Positions 23,449 through 33,996 of a stretch of 64,000 nt of DNA are shown piece after piece. Both the position numbers and the translations under genes were made by a program. This DNA comes from an uncultured Candidatus Rokubacteria bacterium (GTDB taxonomy: Bacteria > Methylomirabilota > Methylomirabilia > Rokubacteriales > CSP1-6). The stretch covers positions 64,001-128,000 of the forward strand of contig CAVYTA010000006.1 in assembly GCA_963771355.1 (NCBI GenBank), read 5' to 3'. Positions within the stretch are counted from its first letter, which is position 1. Each line of letters begins with the position of its first letter. The notes under the pieces were generated by a model. The model was not told the origin of the DNA and did no database searches. It saw nothing but the letters and a program-made list of their open reading frames with translations.

Positions 23449-23578
23449 GGCGCGCACTAGCGCGTAAGTATCACCGCGCGGACGAACCGTGGCATCTCGC
23501 GCCGATCCTGTCAGAGCGCCCGGGACAAGTCAAACCGGACCCTCGCGGACGCGGGCAGGAGCGGCCACCCGCCGGGAG

Positions 23579-23622
23579 AATATGTTAATTGACGAAAGTA
23601 TTAAGTAGGTACATTGTTAAGA
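23579..23622 (+). promoter_or_regulatory. AT-rich promoter/likely MarR operator
   Basis: TTGACG and TACATT with repeated TTAA motifs in a GC-rich background. Confidence 0.5.
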
Positions 23623-23626
23623 CCTC

Positions 23627-24091
23627 ATGCGCGCCTCGCGTTCCGGCCACCGCTCGGCGGAGGCCCAGCGTCTCCTCGACCTGCTGAACGCTCTCGGCAG
23701 CACGACCTTTCGCCAGCTCCTCTGGCAGCGCGCATCGGAGCTGGACCTCACCTACGCCCAGTCGCAGGTCCTCTTCTATGTGGGCGAGCATGCCGCCTGT
23801 CACATGGGCGACGTGGCCAAGGCATTCGGCGTCACCCTGCCCGCCGTCACCCACATCATCGACCGGCTGGAGCAGAAGCAGTTCGTGGTCCGCGGCGATC
23901 ACCCCGTCGACCGCCGCGTGTACGTGCTCGAGCTGACCCGCCAGGGCAAGGCGTTGGTGCAGGAGCTCCACGGCATGCAGATGCGCGGTCTGGAGAAAGT
24001 GCTGGCGCGAATGTCCGCCGATGATCGCAACCGCGCGGTCAAGGGCCTCGAGGCCCTGGTGGAGGCGGCGACGGACGCCGCGAAGGCATGA
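23627..24091 (+). CDS. MarR family regulator
   Basis: LTYAQSQVL, VTHIIDRLEQK, DRRVYVLELT. Confidence 0.9.
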   Translation: MRASRSGHRSAEAQRLLDLLNALGSTTFRQLLWQRASELDLTYAQSQVLFYVGEHAACHMGDVAKAFGVTLPAVTHIIDRLEQKQFVVRGDHPVDRRVYVLELTRQGKALVQELHGMQMRGLEKVLARMSADDRNRAVKGLEALVEAATDAAKA

Positions 24092-25365
24092 AGCGCGTGG
24101 TCGCCGCCCTCGCCGTCCTCGCCCCCGCCCTCGCCGTCGGTGCCTGCTCCGATCGCGGGGGCGCGGCGACGGGGCCGCCGGCACCGCCGGCCGTTCCCGT
24201 CGGCGTGGCCGCCGTGGAGCAGAAGATGGTGCCGCTCCAGGAGACGGCGGTGGGTAACGTACAGGCGTATGCCACGGTGGGCGTCAAGTCGCAGATCGCC
24301 GGCCAGATCGTGCAGGTGCACTTCACCGAGGGGCGCGACGTCAAGCGCGGGGAGCTTCTGTTCACGATCGATCCCCGGCCCCCGGAGGCGGCGCTGCGGC
24401 AGAGCGAGGCCAATGTCGCCAAGGACGTGGCGCAGCTTCGTCAGGCCGAGGCAGCGCTCGCGCAGCGACACGCGGAGGTGACGCAGGCGCTGGCGAACCT
24501 CGAGCGCGACCTCGCCCAGATGGAGAATGCCCGCGTCCAGGAGCAGCGCTATCGCGCCCTGATGGAGAGGGAGCTGATCGCCCGCGAGCAATACGACCAG
24601 CTCCGGACGATCTTCGCCGCGCTCCAGGCGACGGTGCAGGCGTCCCGGGCCGCGGTGGAAAACGCTCGGGCCTCCGCGCGCGCGGCGGAGGCGGCGGTGG
24701 AGAACGCGCGGGCGGCCATCAAGGCGAACGAGGCGATGGTGGACGTGGCGCAGCTGCAGCTCGCCTACACGACCATCCGCGCCCCCATGGACGGCCGCAC
24801 CGGCAACCTCCTCGCCCAGGCCGGCAACGTGCTGAAGTCCAACGAGGACAACCCGTTGGTGGTCATCGCCCAGGTGCACCCGATCTACGTGTCGTTCTCC
24901 GTCCCCGAGCAGCACCTCACCGCGATCAAGAAGTACCAGGCCGGGGGCGGCCTCAAGGTCGAGGCCGCGATCGACGGCGGGCAACGCCGCGCCGCCGGCG
25001 CCCTGACCTTCATCAACAACACCGTGGATCCGACCACCGGCACCATCCAGCTCAAGGCGACCTTCCCCAACACTGACGACCTGCTGTGGCCCGGCCAGTT
25101 CGTCGACGTGTCGCTGACGCTCACCGCCGAGAACGCGGTCGTGGTGCCGGCCCAGGCGGTGCAGGCCGGCCAGCAGGGACCGTTCGTCTTCGTGGTGAAG
25201 CCGGACCTGACCGTCGAGTCGCGCCGCGTGAAGGTGGGCCGGCGACTGCCGCGCGAGCTGGTGATCGACGAGGGCCTCACCGCCGGCGAGCGCGTGGTGA
25301 CCGACGGGCAGCTCCGGCTCGTCCCCGGCGCGCGGGTGGAGATCAAGCCGCCGAGGCCGTCATGA
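24088..25365 (+). CDS. RND periplasmic adaptor (MdtA-like lipoprotein)
   Basis: VGAC lipobox, TIRAPMDGRTG, VDPTTGTI, LWPGQFV. Confidence 0.9.
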   Translation: MKRVVAALAVLAPALAVGACSDRGGAATGPPAPPAVPVGVAAVEQKMVPLQETAVGNVQAYATVGVKSQIAGQIVQVHFTEGRDVKRGELLFTIDPRPPEAALRQSEANVAKDVAQLRQAEAALAQRHAEVTQALANLERDLAQMENARVQEQRYRALMERELIAREQYDQLRTIFAALQATVQASRAAVENARASARAAEAAVENARAAIKANEAMVDVAQLQLAYTTIRAPMDGRTGNLLAQAGNVLKSNEDNPLVVIAQVHPIYVSFSVPEQHLTAIKKYQAGGGLKVEAAIDGGQRRAAGALTFINNTVDPTTGTIQLKATFPNTDDLLWPGQFVDVSLTLTAENAVVVPAQAVQAGQQGPFVFVVKPDLTVESRRVKVGRRLPRELVIDEGLTAGERVVTDGQLRLVPGARVEIKPPRPS

Positions 25366-28300
25366 GTCCGGCCCTGTTCATCCGCCGCCCGGTCCTCACC
25401 ACGCTCTTGATGGCGGCCATCCTCATCTTCGGATTGATGGCCTACCGCCTGCTGCCCGTGAACGACCTGCCCAACGTGGACTTCCCCACCATCCAGGTGT
25501 CGGCGGCGCTCCCCGGCGCCAGCCCCGAGACAATGGCCTCCGCGGTGGCCACCGTGCTCGAGCGCCAGTTCACGACGATCGCCGGCATCGATTCGATGAC
25601 CTCGACCAGCGCCCTCGGGCTCACCCAGATCACCATCCAGTTCACGCTCAGCCGCGACATCGACGCCGCCGCCCAGGACGTGCAGGCGGCGATCACCAAG
25701 TCGGCCCCTTTGCTGCCGGCCGGCATGCCGACCCCGCCGAGCTACCAGAAGGTCAACCCGGCGGACCAGCCCGTCATCTACCTGGCGCTCAGCTCGCCGA
25801 CGCTGCCGCTCTACACGGTGGATGAGTACGCGCAGACGAACCTCGCCCAGCGGATCTCGACCATCAGCGGGGTGGCGCAGGTCACGGTGTTCGGATCCCA
25901 GAAGTACGCGGTGCGTGTGCAGGTGGACCCGCGCGCGCTGGCCGCCCGGGGCATCGGCATCGACGAGGTCGAGCAGGCCATCGCCCGCGCCAACGTCAAC
26001 AAGCCGACGGGGACGCTCTACGGCGCCCACCAGGCGGTGAACGTGCAGGCGACCGGCCAGCTTCTGGACGCTGCCGCCTACCGGCCGCTCGTCGTCGCCT
26101 ATCGCAGCGGCTCGCCGGTGCGGCTGGAAGAGATCGGCCGCGTGATCGACGGCGTCCAGACCGACAAGGTGGCGAGCTGGTTCAATGACGAGCGCGCGGT
26201 CGTCCTCGCCGTCCAGCGTCAGCCGGGCACGAACACCATCGAGGTGGTCGACGCCATCCGGACCCTCTTGCCCGTCTTCCGGCAGCAGCTCCCGGCCTCG
26301 GTGAGCCTCAACGTCGTGTATGACCGATCGGCCGCCATCCGGGAGTCCGTGCACGACGTGCAGTTCACCCTGCTCCTCACCGTCGCCCTCGTGGTCATGG
26401 TGATCTTCGTGTTCTTGCGCAACGTGTCGGCCACCATCATCCCGAGCCTGGCGGTGCCGTTGTCCATCGTCGGCACCTTCGCCGTCATGTACCTCCTCGG
26501 CTACACGATCGACATCATCTCGCTGATGGCCCTCACGCTCTGCGTCGGGTTCGTCGTCGACGACGCCGTCGTCATGCTCGAGAACATCGTGCGCCACATG
26601 GAGGCGGGGGAGAGCCGCATGGAGGCGGCGCTCAAGGGCGCCCGGGAGATCGGGTTCACGATCCTGTCCATGACGGTGTCGCTGGCGGCGGTGTTCATCC
26701 CCGTGCTGTTCATGGGCGGCGTGGTCGGGCGGCTGCTCCACGAGTTCGCCGTGGTCATCATGGCCGCCGTCCTCGTGTCCGGTCTCGTGTCGCTGACGCT
26801 CACGCCCATGCTCTGCAGCCGCTTCCTCCAGCCCCCGCACGGGGGAGGGAACCGGCTGTACCAGGCCTCCGAGCGGGTCTTCCAGGCGATCCTTCACGCG
26901 TACGACCATTCGCTGCAGTGGGTGCTACGGCACCGGCGGACGACGATGGCGGTGCTCGCCTTCACCTTCGTGCTGACGGCGTATCTGTTCGTCATCATCC
27001 CCAAGGGCTTCATCCCGAACGAGGACACCGGCTCGATCTTCGCTTTCACCGAGGCCGCCCAGGACATCTCCTTCGACTCGATGGTGGAGCACCAGCGCGC
27101 GGTGGCCGACGTCGTGCGCCAGAGTCCGCACGTGGAGCAGTTCATGTCCTTCATCGGAGCGAGCGGCTCGAACGTGGTGCCCAACACCGGCCGCATCTTC
27201 ATCCGGCTCAAGCCGCGATCCCAGCGCCCGCCGGCGGAAGCGGTGATCCAGGAGTTGCGGCCCAAGCTGGCGGCGGTGCCGGGCATGCGCGTCTACCCGC
27301 AGGTGTTGCCCACGATCCGGATCGGTGGGCAGCTGACGAAGGCGGTCTACCAGTACACCCTGCAGGACGCCGACCTCCAGGAGCTGTACCACTGGGCCCC
27401 CCTCCTCTACGACCGGCTCCGGGCGCTGCCCGACCTGCAGGATGTCAACACCGATCTGCAGATCACGAGCCCCCAGGTCGTCGTCAACATCGACCGCGAC
27501 AAGGCCGCCGCTCTCGGCGTGTCTGTGGACCAGATCGAGAGCGCCCTCGGCAGCGCGTACGGCTCCAAGCAGGTGTCGACGGTCTATACGCCGTCCAACC
27601 AGTACTGGGTCATCCTCGAGCTGGATCCGCAGTACAAGCAGGACGCGACGGCCCTGGCGCGCCTTTACGTGCGCTCGAGCACCGGCCGCCTGGTCCCGCT
27701 GGGGGCGGTGGCCACGCTCACCCCTGGGCTGGGACCCCTCACGGTCACCCACCTGGGCCAGCTGCCGTCCGTCACGATCTCCTTCAACCCGAAGCCCGGC
27801 GTGTCCCTCAGCGACGCCGTCGCGCAGGTCGAGCGCGTGCAGCAGGAGCTGCGGCCCCCGGCCACGCTCGGCACCACCTTTCAGGGCACCGCCCAGGCCT
27901 TCCAGGCCTCGCTGCAAGGGCAAGGCATGCTGCTGCTCGTCACCATCCTCGTCATCTACCTCGTCCTCGGCGTGCTCTACGAGAGCTTCATTCACCCCCT
28001 GACGATCCTCTCCGGGCTGCCCTCGGCGGGCGCGGGGGCCCTCCTCACGCTGCTGCTGTTCGGGATGGAGCTGAACGTCTACGGGTTCGTCGGCATGATC
28101 ATGCTGGTGGGCATCGTGAAGAAGAACGCGATCATGATGATCGACTTCGCGCTGGAGGCGGAGCGGGCGGGGGCCACGCCGGCGGCGGCGATCTACCAGG
28201 GCTGCCTGCTGCGGTTCCGTCCGATCATGATGACCACCATGGCAGCCCTTTTCGGCACCCTTCCCATCGCGCTCGGCCTCGGCGCAGGCGCCGAGGCGCG

Positions 28301-28511
28301 CCGGCCGCTCGGGCTCGCCGTGGTGGGTGGGCTGCTGGTCTCGCAGCTCCTGACCCTCTACATCACGCCCGTGCTCTACCTCTACATGGAGGCGGCGCAG
28401 AAGAACCTGGCTGCGCACCCGCTCTCCCGCATCTTCTTCTGGCGCCGCTGGGCGCGTCGCCCGCCGCCGTCCGCCACGCCCGCCGTCCACTCCTCCGCGC
28501 CTCGGCCGTGA
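25362..28511 (+). CDS. RND efflux permease (MdtB/C-like)
   Basis: FIRRPV, LPNVDFPTI, GFVVDDAVVMLEN, GIVKKNAIMMIDF, RFRPIMMTT. Confidence 0.93.
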   Translation: MSPALFIRRPVLTTLLMAAILIFGLMAYRLLPVNDLPNVDFPTIQVSAALPGASPETMASAVATVLERQFTTIAGIDSMTSTSALGLTQITIQFTLSRDIDAAAQDVQAAITKSAPLLPAGMPTPPSYQKVNPADQPVIYLALSSPTLPLYTVDEYAQTNLAQRISTISGVAQVTVFGSQKYAVRVQVDPRALAARGIGIDEVEQAIARANVNKPTGTLYGAHQAVNVQATGQLLDAAAYRPLVVAYRSGSPVRLEEIGRVIDGVQTDKVASWFNDERAVVLAVQRQPGTNTIEVVDAIRTLLPVFRQQLPASVSLNVVYDRSAAIRESVHDVQFTLLLTVALVVMVIFVFLRNVSATIIPSLAVPLSIVGTFAVMYLLGYTIDIISLMALTLCVGFVVDDAVVMLENIVRHMEAGESRMEAALKGAREIGFTILSMTVSLAAVFIPVLFMGGVVGRLLHEFAVVIMAAVLVSGLVSLTLTPMLCSRFLQPPHGGGNRLYQASERVFQAILHAYDHSLQWVLRHRRTTMAVLAFTFVLTAYLFVIIPKGFIPNEDTGSIFAFTEAAQDISFDSMVEHQRAVADVVRQSPHVEQFMSFIGASGSNVVPNTGRIFIRLKPRSQRPPAEAVIQELRPKLAAVPGMRVYPQVLPTIRIGGQLTKAVYQYTLQDADLQELYHWAPLLYDRLRALPDLQDVNTDLQITSPQVVVNIDRDKAAALGVSVDQIESALGSAYGSKQVSTVYTPSNQYWVILELDPQYKQDATALARLYVRSSTGRLVPLGAVATLTPGLGPLTVTHLGQLPSVTISFNPKPGVSLSDAVAQVERVQQELRPPATLGTTFQGTAQAFQASLQGQGMLLLVTILVIYLVLGVLYESFIHPLTILSGLPSAGAGALLTLLLFGMELNVYGFVGMIMLVGIVKKNAIMMIDFALEAERAGATPAAAIYQGCLLRFRPIMMTTMAALFGTLPIALGLGAGAEARRPLGLAVVGGLLVSQLLTLYITPVLYLYMEAAQKNLAAHPLSRIFFWRRWARRPPPSATPAVHSSAPRP

Positions 28512-28604
28512 GCGCGGTGGCGGGGCACTATGATCGGGGGGCGCGCGTTCGTGTGAGGCCGTGCTATGGTGTGGCGGACTTCAATCCTTGTGAGGAGGTT
28601 CGGC

Positions 28605-28826
28605 ATGCCCGTCAAGATCAGCATCCGGCCCAACGGCCCGTATCTGGTGGAAGGCGAAGTCGAGCTACTGGACGTCAACGGGAACAAGATTGATACGAGC
28701 GCGCGGGGGCCAAAGTTCGCGCTGTGCCGGTGCGGCGCGTCGGTTACCAAGCCGTTCTGTGACGGCACCCATAGCAAGATCGGTTTCCAGGCCGCGGAGG
28801 CCGCCGTCGCCCAGGAGAAAAAGTAG
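28605..28826 (+). CDS. CDGSH iron-sulfur domain protein
   Basis: NGPY, LCRCGAS..KPFCDGTH; SD GAGGAGG. Confidence 0.92.
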   Translation: MPVKISIRPNGPYLVEGEVELLDVNGNKIDTSARGPKFALCRCGASVTKPFCDGTHSKIGFQAAEAAVAQEKK

Positions 28827-28924
28827 ACCACCGGAACTCGGACTAGGCGAGGCGAGCGCTGCTCCGCCTGATCGTGCGGGTGGGAAGCGCAACCCAGCAT
28901 GACATGCAGACGAGCGCGTCGCCG

Positions 28925-29047
28925 TCACCGCGCGCGCGTCGTCCGGTTGGCCCGGCCCCGCTTCCAGCAGATGGGGCAGGGGCCCGCCCCCCGGAACTTG
29001 TGTCCGCGGCTACAGGTCTTCCAACCGCCTGCCTTCCCTGGCGCCAT
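28925..29047 (-). CDS. 40-aa putative zinc-ribbon microprotein
   Basis: [35 protein letters not shown]. Confidence 0.55.
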   Translation of the reverse strand: MAPGKAGGWKTCSRGHKFRGAGPCPICWKRGRANRTTRAR

Positions 29048-29210
29048 GGCGTCCTCCGGCGGTTCGATCATGAGGGGTCCGACGGCGGAGATCAACCCGG
29101 CCCGGCACCCGTCGTGCGGGCGAGCGCGAATTCGCGGGGATACGATCCGTCCAACCCACGTCCGGGGCTTACCGGTCACGCGAAGCGCTCGCCGTTGTAG
29201 GATCTGATCC

Positions 29211-30434
29211 ATGTCACCCTTTGTCGCCGTCCGGCGCATGTTGTCAGGGTTGTCGCTCATTGCGGCGGCCCTGATACCGCTCGGCTGCCAGGAGAGCCCG
29301 GCGCCCGCGGCGGCCCCGCCATCCGAAGCCCAGCGTCAGCCTCCCCGACCGGTCCGCGTCGCCCCGGCGATGGAGGCGATGGTCGACCGAAGAGTCAGTG
29401 CCACCGGCACGCTCGCGGCCGATGAGCAGGTCGTGCTCGGCACCAAGGTCGCCGGCCGGATCGGCGAGCTGCTCGTGGACCTCGGCAGCCGGGTCCGCCG
29501 CGACCAGACGGTCGCTCGCCTCGACCCCACCGACGCGCAGCTCCGCGTCGACCAGGCGGTGGCGGCCCTGCAGCAGGCGCGCGCCCGGCTCGGACTCTCG
29601 CCGGGAGGTACCGACGACCGCGTCGACCCCGAGCAAACCTCGCTCGTGCGCCAGGCGCGGGCGGTGCTGGACGAGGCGCGGCTCACCAAGGAGCGGACGG
29701 ATCGGCTCTGGAGGCAGGAGCTGATTGCCCAGGCGCAGGTCGACACGGCGGTGTCGGCGCTGGGAGTGGCCGAGGCCCGCTATCAGGACGCCATCGAGGA
29801 GGTCCGGAACCGTCAGGCCGTGCTCCTCCAGCGGCGCTCCGAGCTGGAGCTGGCGCGGCAGCAGCGCGCGGACACCCTGGTCAACTCGCCGATCGAGGGC
29901 GCGGTGAGCGAGCGCCGGGCCTCGGTCGGGGAGTACCTCGCCGCGGGGGCGCCGGTGGTCACGCTCGTCAAGCTGCACCCGCTGCGGCTGCGCCTCGCCG
30001 TGCCCGAGCGCGACGCGACGTCGGTGCGGGTGGGTCAGCCGGTAGTCGTGACCGTCGAGGGCGTGGCCGGCGAACACCATGGGCGCGTCGCGCGCATCTC
30101 CCCCGCCATCAGTGAGCAGAACCGCACCCTCCTGGTGGAGGCCGAGGTGCCCAACGAGGGCGCCGTGCTCCGACCCGGCGCCTTCGCCAAGGCCGACATC
30201 GTCCTCGCGGGCGACCTCCGCGTGGTCACCGTGCCGGCGACCGCGATCGTTACCTTCGCGGGGGTGGAGAAGGTGCTCACGGTGGACAAGGGACGCGCGG
30301 TGGAGGTCCGCGTGACCACCGGGCGCCGCCTGGGCGACCGCGTGGAGATCGTCACCGGCATCAAGGCGGGCACCCCGGTGGTCGGTCAGCCCGGTAGTCT
30401 GACCGAGGGGCAACCGGTGACGGTCCAGCCCTAG
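29211..30434 (+). CDS. RND periplasmic adaptor (lipoprotein)
   Basis: LGC lipobox, [19 protein letters not shown]. Confidence 0.9.
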   Translation: MSPFVAVRRMLSGLSLIAAALIPLGCQESPAPAAAPPSEAQRQPPRPVRVAPAMEAMVDRRVSATGTLAADEQVVLGTKVAGRIGELLVDLGSRVRRDQTVARLDPTDAQLRVDQAVAALQQARARLGLSPGGTDDRVDPEQTSLVRQARAVLDEARLTKERTDRLWRQELIAQAQVDTAVSALGVAEARYQDAIEEVRNRQAVLLQRRSELELARQQRADTLVNSPIEGAVSERRASVGEYLAAGAPVVTLVKLHPLRLRLAVPERDATSVRVGQPVVVTVEGVAGEHHGRVARISPAISEQNRTLLVEAEVPNEGAVLRPGAFAKADIVLAGDLRVVTVPATAIVTFAGVEKVLTVDKGRAVEVRVTTGRRLGDRVEIVTGIKAGTPVVGQPGSLTEGQPVTVQP

Positions 30435-30436
30435 CC

Positions 30437-33400
30437 ATGCAGAAGCTCGCCGAGGTCTGCATCCGCCGGCCGGTGTTTGCGGCCATGCTCGTGCTCTCCC
30501 TCGTCGTGGTCGGCGCCGCCTCGTACGCCCGCCTCGGCGTGGACCGCTTCCCGGCCGTGGACGTTCCCACCGTGAGCGTCCGGACCGAGCTCAGCGGCGC
30601 CTCCGCCGAGGAGGTGGAGAGCCAGGTCACGCGCGAGATCGAGCAGGTGGTCAACACCGTGCAGGGCATCCGCGAGCTGCGCTCGATCTCCGGCCCGGGC
30701 CAGTCCATCGTCATCGTGGAGTTCGAGCTGCGCCGGAACATCGACGTGGCGGCGCAGGACGTCCGCGAGAAAGTTGCCCTCGCGATCCGGAATCTCCCGC
30801 GTGACGTGAAAGCGCCCATCATCGCGAAGTTCGACAACGACCAGGCGCCTGCCCTCACGGTGGCGGTGGCCGGCGACCGGCCGCTGCGCGAGCTGACCGA
30901 GCTGGCCGACAAGGTCGTCAAGATCCAGCTGGAGCGCTCGTTCGGGGTGGGCGAGGTGCGGCTCGTGGGCGGCCTCAACCGCGCGATCAACGTGTGGGTG
31001 GAGGCGGATCGGCTCGCCGCCTACCAGCTGCCCATCACCGCGGTTCGCGACGCCCTCGTCCGCCAGAACGCGGACATGCCGGGCGGCAATGTCACCGCGG
31101 GGCTCCGCGAGTCCTCGCTCCGCACCATCGGGCGCGTCGCCGACCCGAAGGCCTTCGACGACGTGGTCATCGCCACCGTCAATGGCGCCCCCGTCCGGAT
31201 ACGCGACGTGGGCCGGGCGGAGGACGGGACCGCCGAGCAGCGCTCGGTGGCCCGCCTCAACGGCGTGCCCAGCGTGATCCTCGAGGTGCGGCGGCAGTCG
31301 GGCGAGAACACGGTGGCGGTCATCGAATCCGCCAAGGCCAGCCTCGCCCGTCTCGCCGGGCAGATTCCCCCCGACGTGCGCCTGGAGGTGATCCGTGACC
31401 AGTCGCGCTACATCTACGCCGCGCTGCACGAGATCAAGATCCACCTGATCCTGGGCTCGATCCTCGCCTCCCTGGTGGTGCTGCTGTTCATGCGGAATTG
31501 GCAGTCCACCATCATCGCGGCGGTGGCCATCCCGTGCTCGGTGATCTCGGCGTTCGGCACCATGTGGGCGCTCGGCTTCACGCTCAACAGCGTGACCATG
31601 CTGGCGCTGGTGCTCATGGTCGGCATCGTCATCGACGACGCCATCGTCGTGCTCGAGAACGTCTTCCGCTTCGTCGAGGAGAAGCGGATGACGCCGTTCG
31701 AGGCGGCGAAGGCCGCCACTGCCGATATCGGTCTCGCGGTCATGGCCACCACCTTCAGCCTGGTGGTGATCTTCCTCCCCGTCTCCTTCATGTCGAGCGT
31801 CTCCGGCCGCTTCCTCTACCAGTTCGGCGTGACGGCGGCGGTGTCGGTGCTGGTCAGCCTCCTGGTGTCCTTCACGCTCACGCCCATGATGAGCGCGCGG
31901 ATGATTCGCACCGGCGGGGCGGGTGGCGCCCACGGTCACGCGGAGGCCGCCTCCCGCCGTGGGTTCTACTCCTGGCTCGACCGTGGCTACGCCTTCACCC
32001 TGCGCAAGTCCATGCGGTATCGCTGGGCGGTGGTGGCGATCTCGCTCCTGACCATCGCCGCGACCTGGCCCATCTACGGCTGGGTCAAGCAGGAGTACAC
32101 GCCCACCGACGTGGACGAGAGCGAGTTCGAGGCGTCCATCAACGGTCCCGAGGGCATCTCGATGCCCGCGATGGACGAGGCCGTCCGGACCATCGCCGAC
32201 GAGGTTCGCTCGGTGCCGGGGGTGCGGAACGTCCTCATCACCGCGGGCGGGGGCTTCCTCGGGCGCATCAGCCAGGGGAACGTGTACGTGCGCATCGCGC
32301 CCCACGACGACCGGACGTTCGGCCTGGCCCGGCTCTGGCGCGAGACGCTCAAGGGTACTCCGCTGGCGGCGTTCCGGGGCAACTACAGCCAGCGCGAGGT
32401 CATGCAGCAGGTGCGCCTCAAGCTCCGGAAGCTCCGCGACTTCCGCATCCTCGTGCGCAATATTCCCGGCTTCAATATCGGCGGCGGCAGCTTCGACATC
32501 GACTTCGTCCTGCGCGGCCCCGACCTGGAGGCGCTGTCGCGCTACGCGGAAGAGCTCCGCACGCGGGCCATCGCCCTGGGCGGTATCGCCGACCCCGACA
32601 CCACGCTGCGGCTCGACCGGCCCGAGCTGCGCGTCAGCATCGACCGCGAGCGCGCGGGGGACCTGCGCGTGGACACCGAGCAGATCGCCACCGCGCTGCG
32701 CCTCATGGTGGGGGGCGACACGGAAGTGTCACGGTTCCGCGACCCGGCCAGCAACGAGGACTACTACGTGCAGCTTCGGCTCAGCGAGAAGGACCGGGGC
32801 GACCTCGGCACCATCTCGCACCTCTTCGTCTCCCGTCAGGGCGGTGAAACCGGGCCGGGCAGCCTGGTGCGCCTGGACAACCTGGTGCAGATCGCCCCGG
32901 GGTACACGGCCTCCCGCATCGACCGCTCCGATCGGCAACGCGAGGTCCGGCTCCGCGCGGTGGTGCTCCCCGGCTTCGGCCAGGCCGACCGCATCGCCGC
33001 ACTGCGCGGCGCGGTGGCGGAGATGCGGCTCCCGCCCGGCTACACCACCGCCATTTCCGGGCGCGCGCGCGAGCTGGAGCGGACGTTCACCGAGTTCCTC
33101 TGGGTCTTCCTCCTCTCCGTCATCTTCATGTACATGATCCTCGCCGCCCAGTTCGAGAGCCTGATTCATCCCCTGACGATCCTGCTCTCTCTGCCGCTGT
33201 CGGTGCCCTTCGCCCTGCTCTCGCTCTGGTACACCGGCAATACCCTGAACCTCTACTCCGCGCTCGGCATCCTCGTCCTCTTCGGCGTGGTGAAGAAGAA
33301 TGCCATCCTGCAGATCGACCACATGAACAGCCTGCGTGCCGGGGGTATGAGCCGCGAGGACGCCATCATGCAGGGCAACCGCGACCGACTGCGGCCCATC

Positions 33401-33664
33401 CTGATGACCACCCTCGCCCTCGTGGGCGGCATGCTGCCGCTCTGGGCCGGGACGGGTCCGGGCGCCGAAGAGCGCCGGGCCATCGCCGTGGTCGTAGTGG
33501 GCGGCCAGACCCTCTCGCTCCTCCTGACCCTTCTCGTGACGCCGGTCGCCTACTCGATCTTCGAAGACCTCTCGCGCGCGCTTGGCCGCGTGCCGCAATT
33601 CTCCCGCCGGGGACCCGCTCTCCGCCTTCGTCGCTGGCGCCGAGGTACCCCCGAAAGGTCCTGA
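30437..33664 (+). CDS. RND efflux permease (AcrB/HAE1 family)
   Basis: CIRRPVF, GIVIDDAIVVLEN, GVVKKNAIL, RLRPILMTT. Confidence 0.93.
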   Translation: MQKLAEVCIRRPVFAAMLVLSLVVVGAASYARLGVDRFPAVDVPTVSVRTELSGASAEEVESQVTREIEQVVNTVQGIRELRSISGPGQSIVIVEFELRRNIDVAAQDVREKVALAIRNLPRDVKAPIIAKFDNDQAPALTVAVAGDRPLRELTELADKVVKIQLERSFGVGEVRLVGGLNRAINVWVEADRLAAYQLPITAVRDALVRQNADMPGGNVTAGLRESSLRTIGRVADPKAFDDVVIATVNGAPVRIRDVGRAEDGTAEQRSVARLNGVPSVILEVRRQSGENTVAVIESAKASLARLAGQIPPDVRLEVIRDQSRYIYAALHEIKIHLILGSILASLVVLLFMRNWQSTIIAAVAIPCSVISAFGTMWALGFTLNSVTMLALVLMVGIVIDDAIVVLENVFRFVEEKRMTPFEAAKAATADIGLAVMATTFSLVVIFLPVSFMSSVSGRFLYQFGVTAAVSVLVSLLVSFTLTPMMSARMIRTGGAGGAHGHAEAASRRGFYSWLDRGYAFTLRKSMRYRWAVVAISLLTIAATWPIYGWVKQEYTPTDVDESEFEASINGPEGISMPAMDEAVRTIADEVRSVPGVRNVLITAGGGFLGRISQGNVYVRIAPHDDRTFGLARLWRETLKGTPLAAFRGNYSQREVMQQVRLKLRKLRDFRILVRNIPGFNIGGGSFDIDFVLRGPDLEALSRYAEELRTRAIALGGIADPDTTLRLDRPELRVSIDRERAGDLRVDTEQIATALRLMVGGDTEVSRFRDPASNEDYYVQLRLSEKDRGDLGTISHLFVSRQGGETGPGSLVRLDNLVQIAPGYTASRIDRSDRQREVRLRAVVLPGFGQADRIAALRGAVAEMRLPPGYTTAISGRARELERTFTEFLWVFLLSVIFMYMILAAQFESLIHPLTILLSLPLSVPFALLSLWYTGNTLNLYSALGILVLFGVVKKNAILQIDHMNSLRAGGMSREDAIMQGNRDRLRPILMTTLALVGGMLPLWAGTGPGAEERRAIAVVVVGGQTLSLLLTLLVTPVAYSIFEDLSRALGRVPQFSRRGPALRLRRWRRGTPERS

Positions 33665-33685
33665 GGAGGGGGTTTCAGGCCTTCC

Positions 33686-33950
33686 TGTAGGAAAAGCTTT
33701 ACACTTCCGTGGTCCTGCATTAAATGTTGCCTTACTGATTAGCACCCTCGAAAGCGCCCTCACACCCTCGCGGCCTTCCTGGCGCCTCCCGTAGCGCAAG
33801 ACCCGAGCGTCTTGGTACTCCCCAAAGATCCTGGCCCCGTGGAGGGGTCTTTGGATGTAGGGAAAACTTTACATTTCGGCTTTCCTCATTTAATGATGTG
33901 TCATAAGTAGCTGAATATATGAACTGTAGCTTGCTGGCATGGGTTCTGCT
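33686..33950 (+). promoter_or_regulatory. sigma54 promoter with two TGTA-N10-TACA enhancer-like boxes
   Basis: TGGCAT-N5-CTGCT at 33935-33950; TGTAGGAAAAGCTTTACA at 33686 and TGTAGGGAAAACTTTACA at 33856. Confidence 0.75.
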
Positions 33951-33996
33951 CATGCCTGGTCAAAGGCAGCACAAAAGTGACTGGAATGGAGACAAA

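Noticed and set aside
33740..33855. Hairpins upstream of the PEP-CTERM gene as a riboswitch
   Set aside because: Upstream of the sigma54 start, with no recognisable aptamer motifs.
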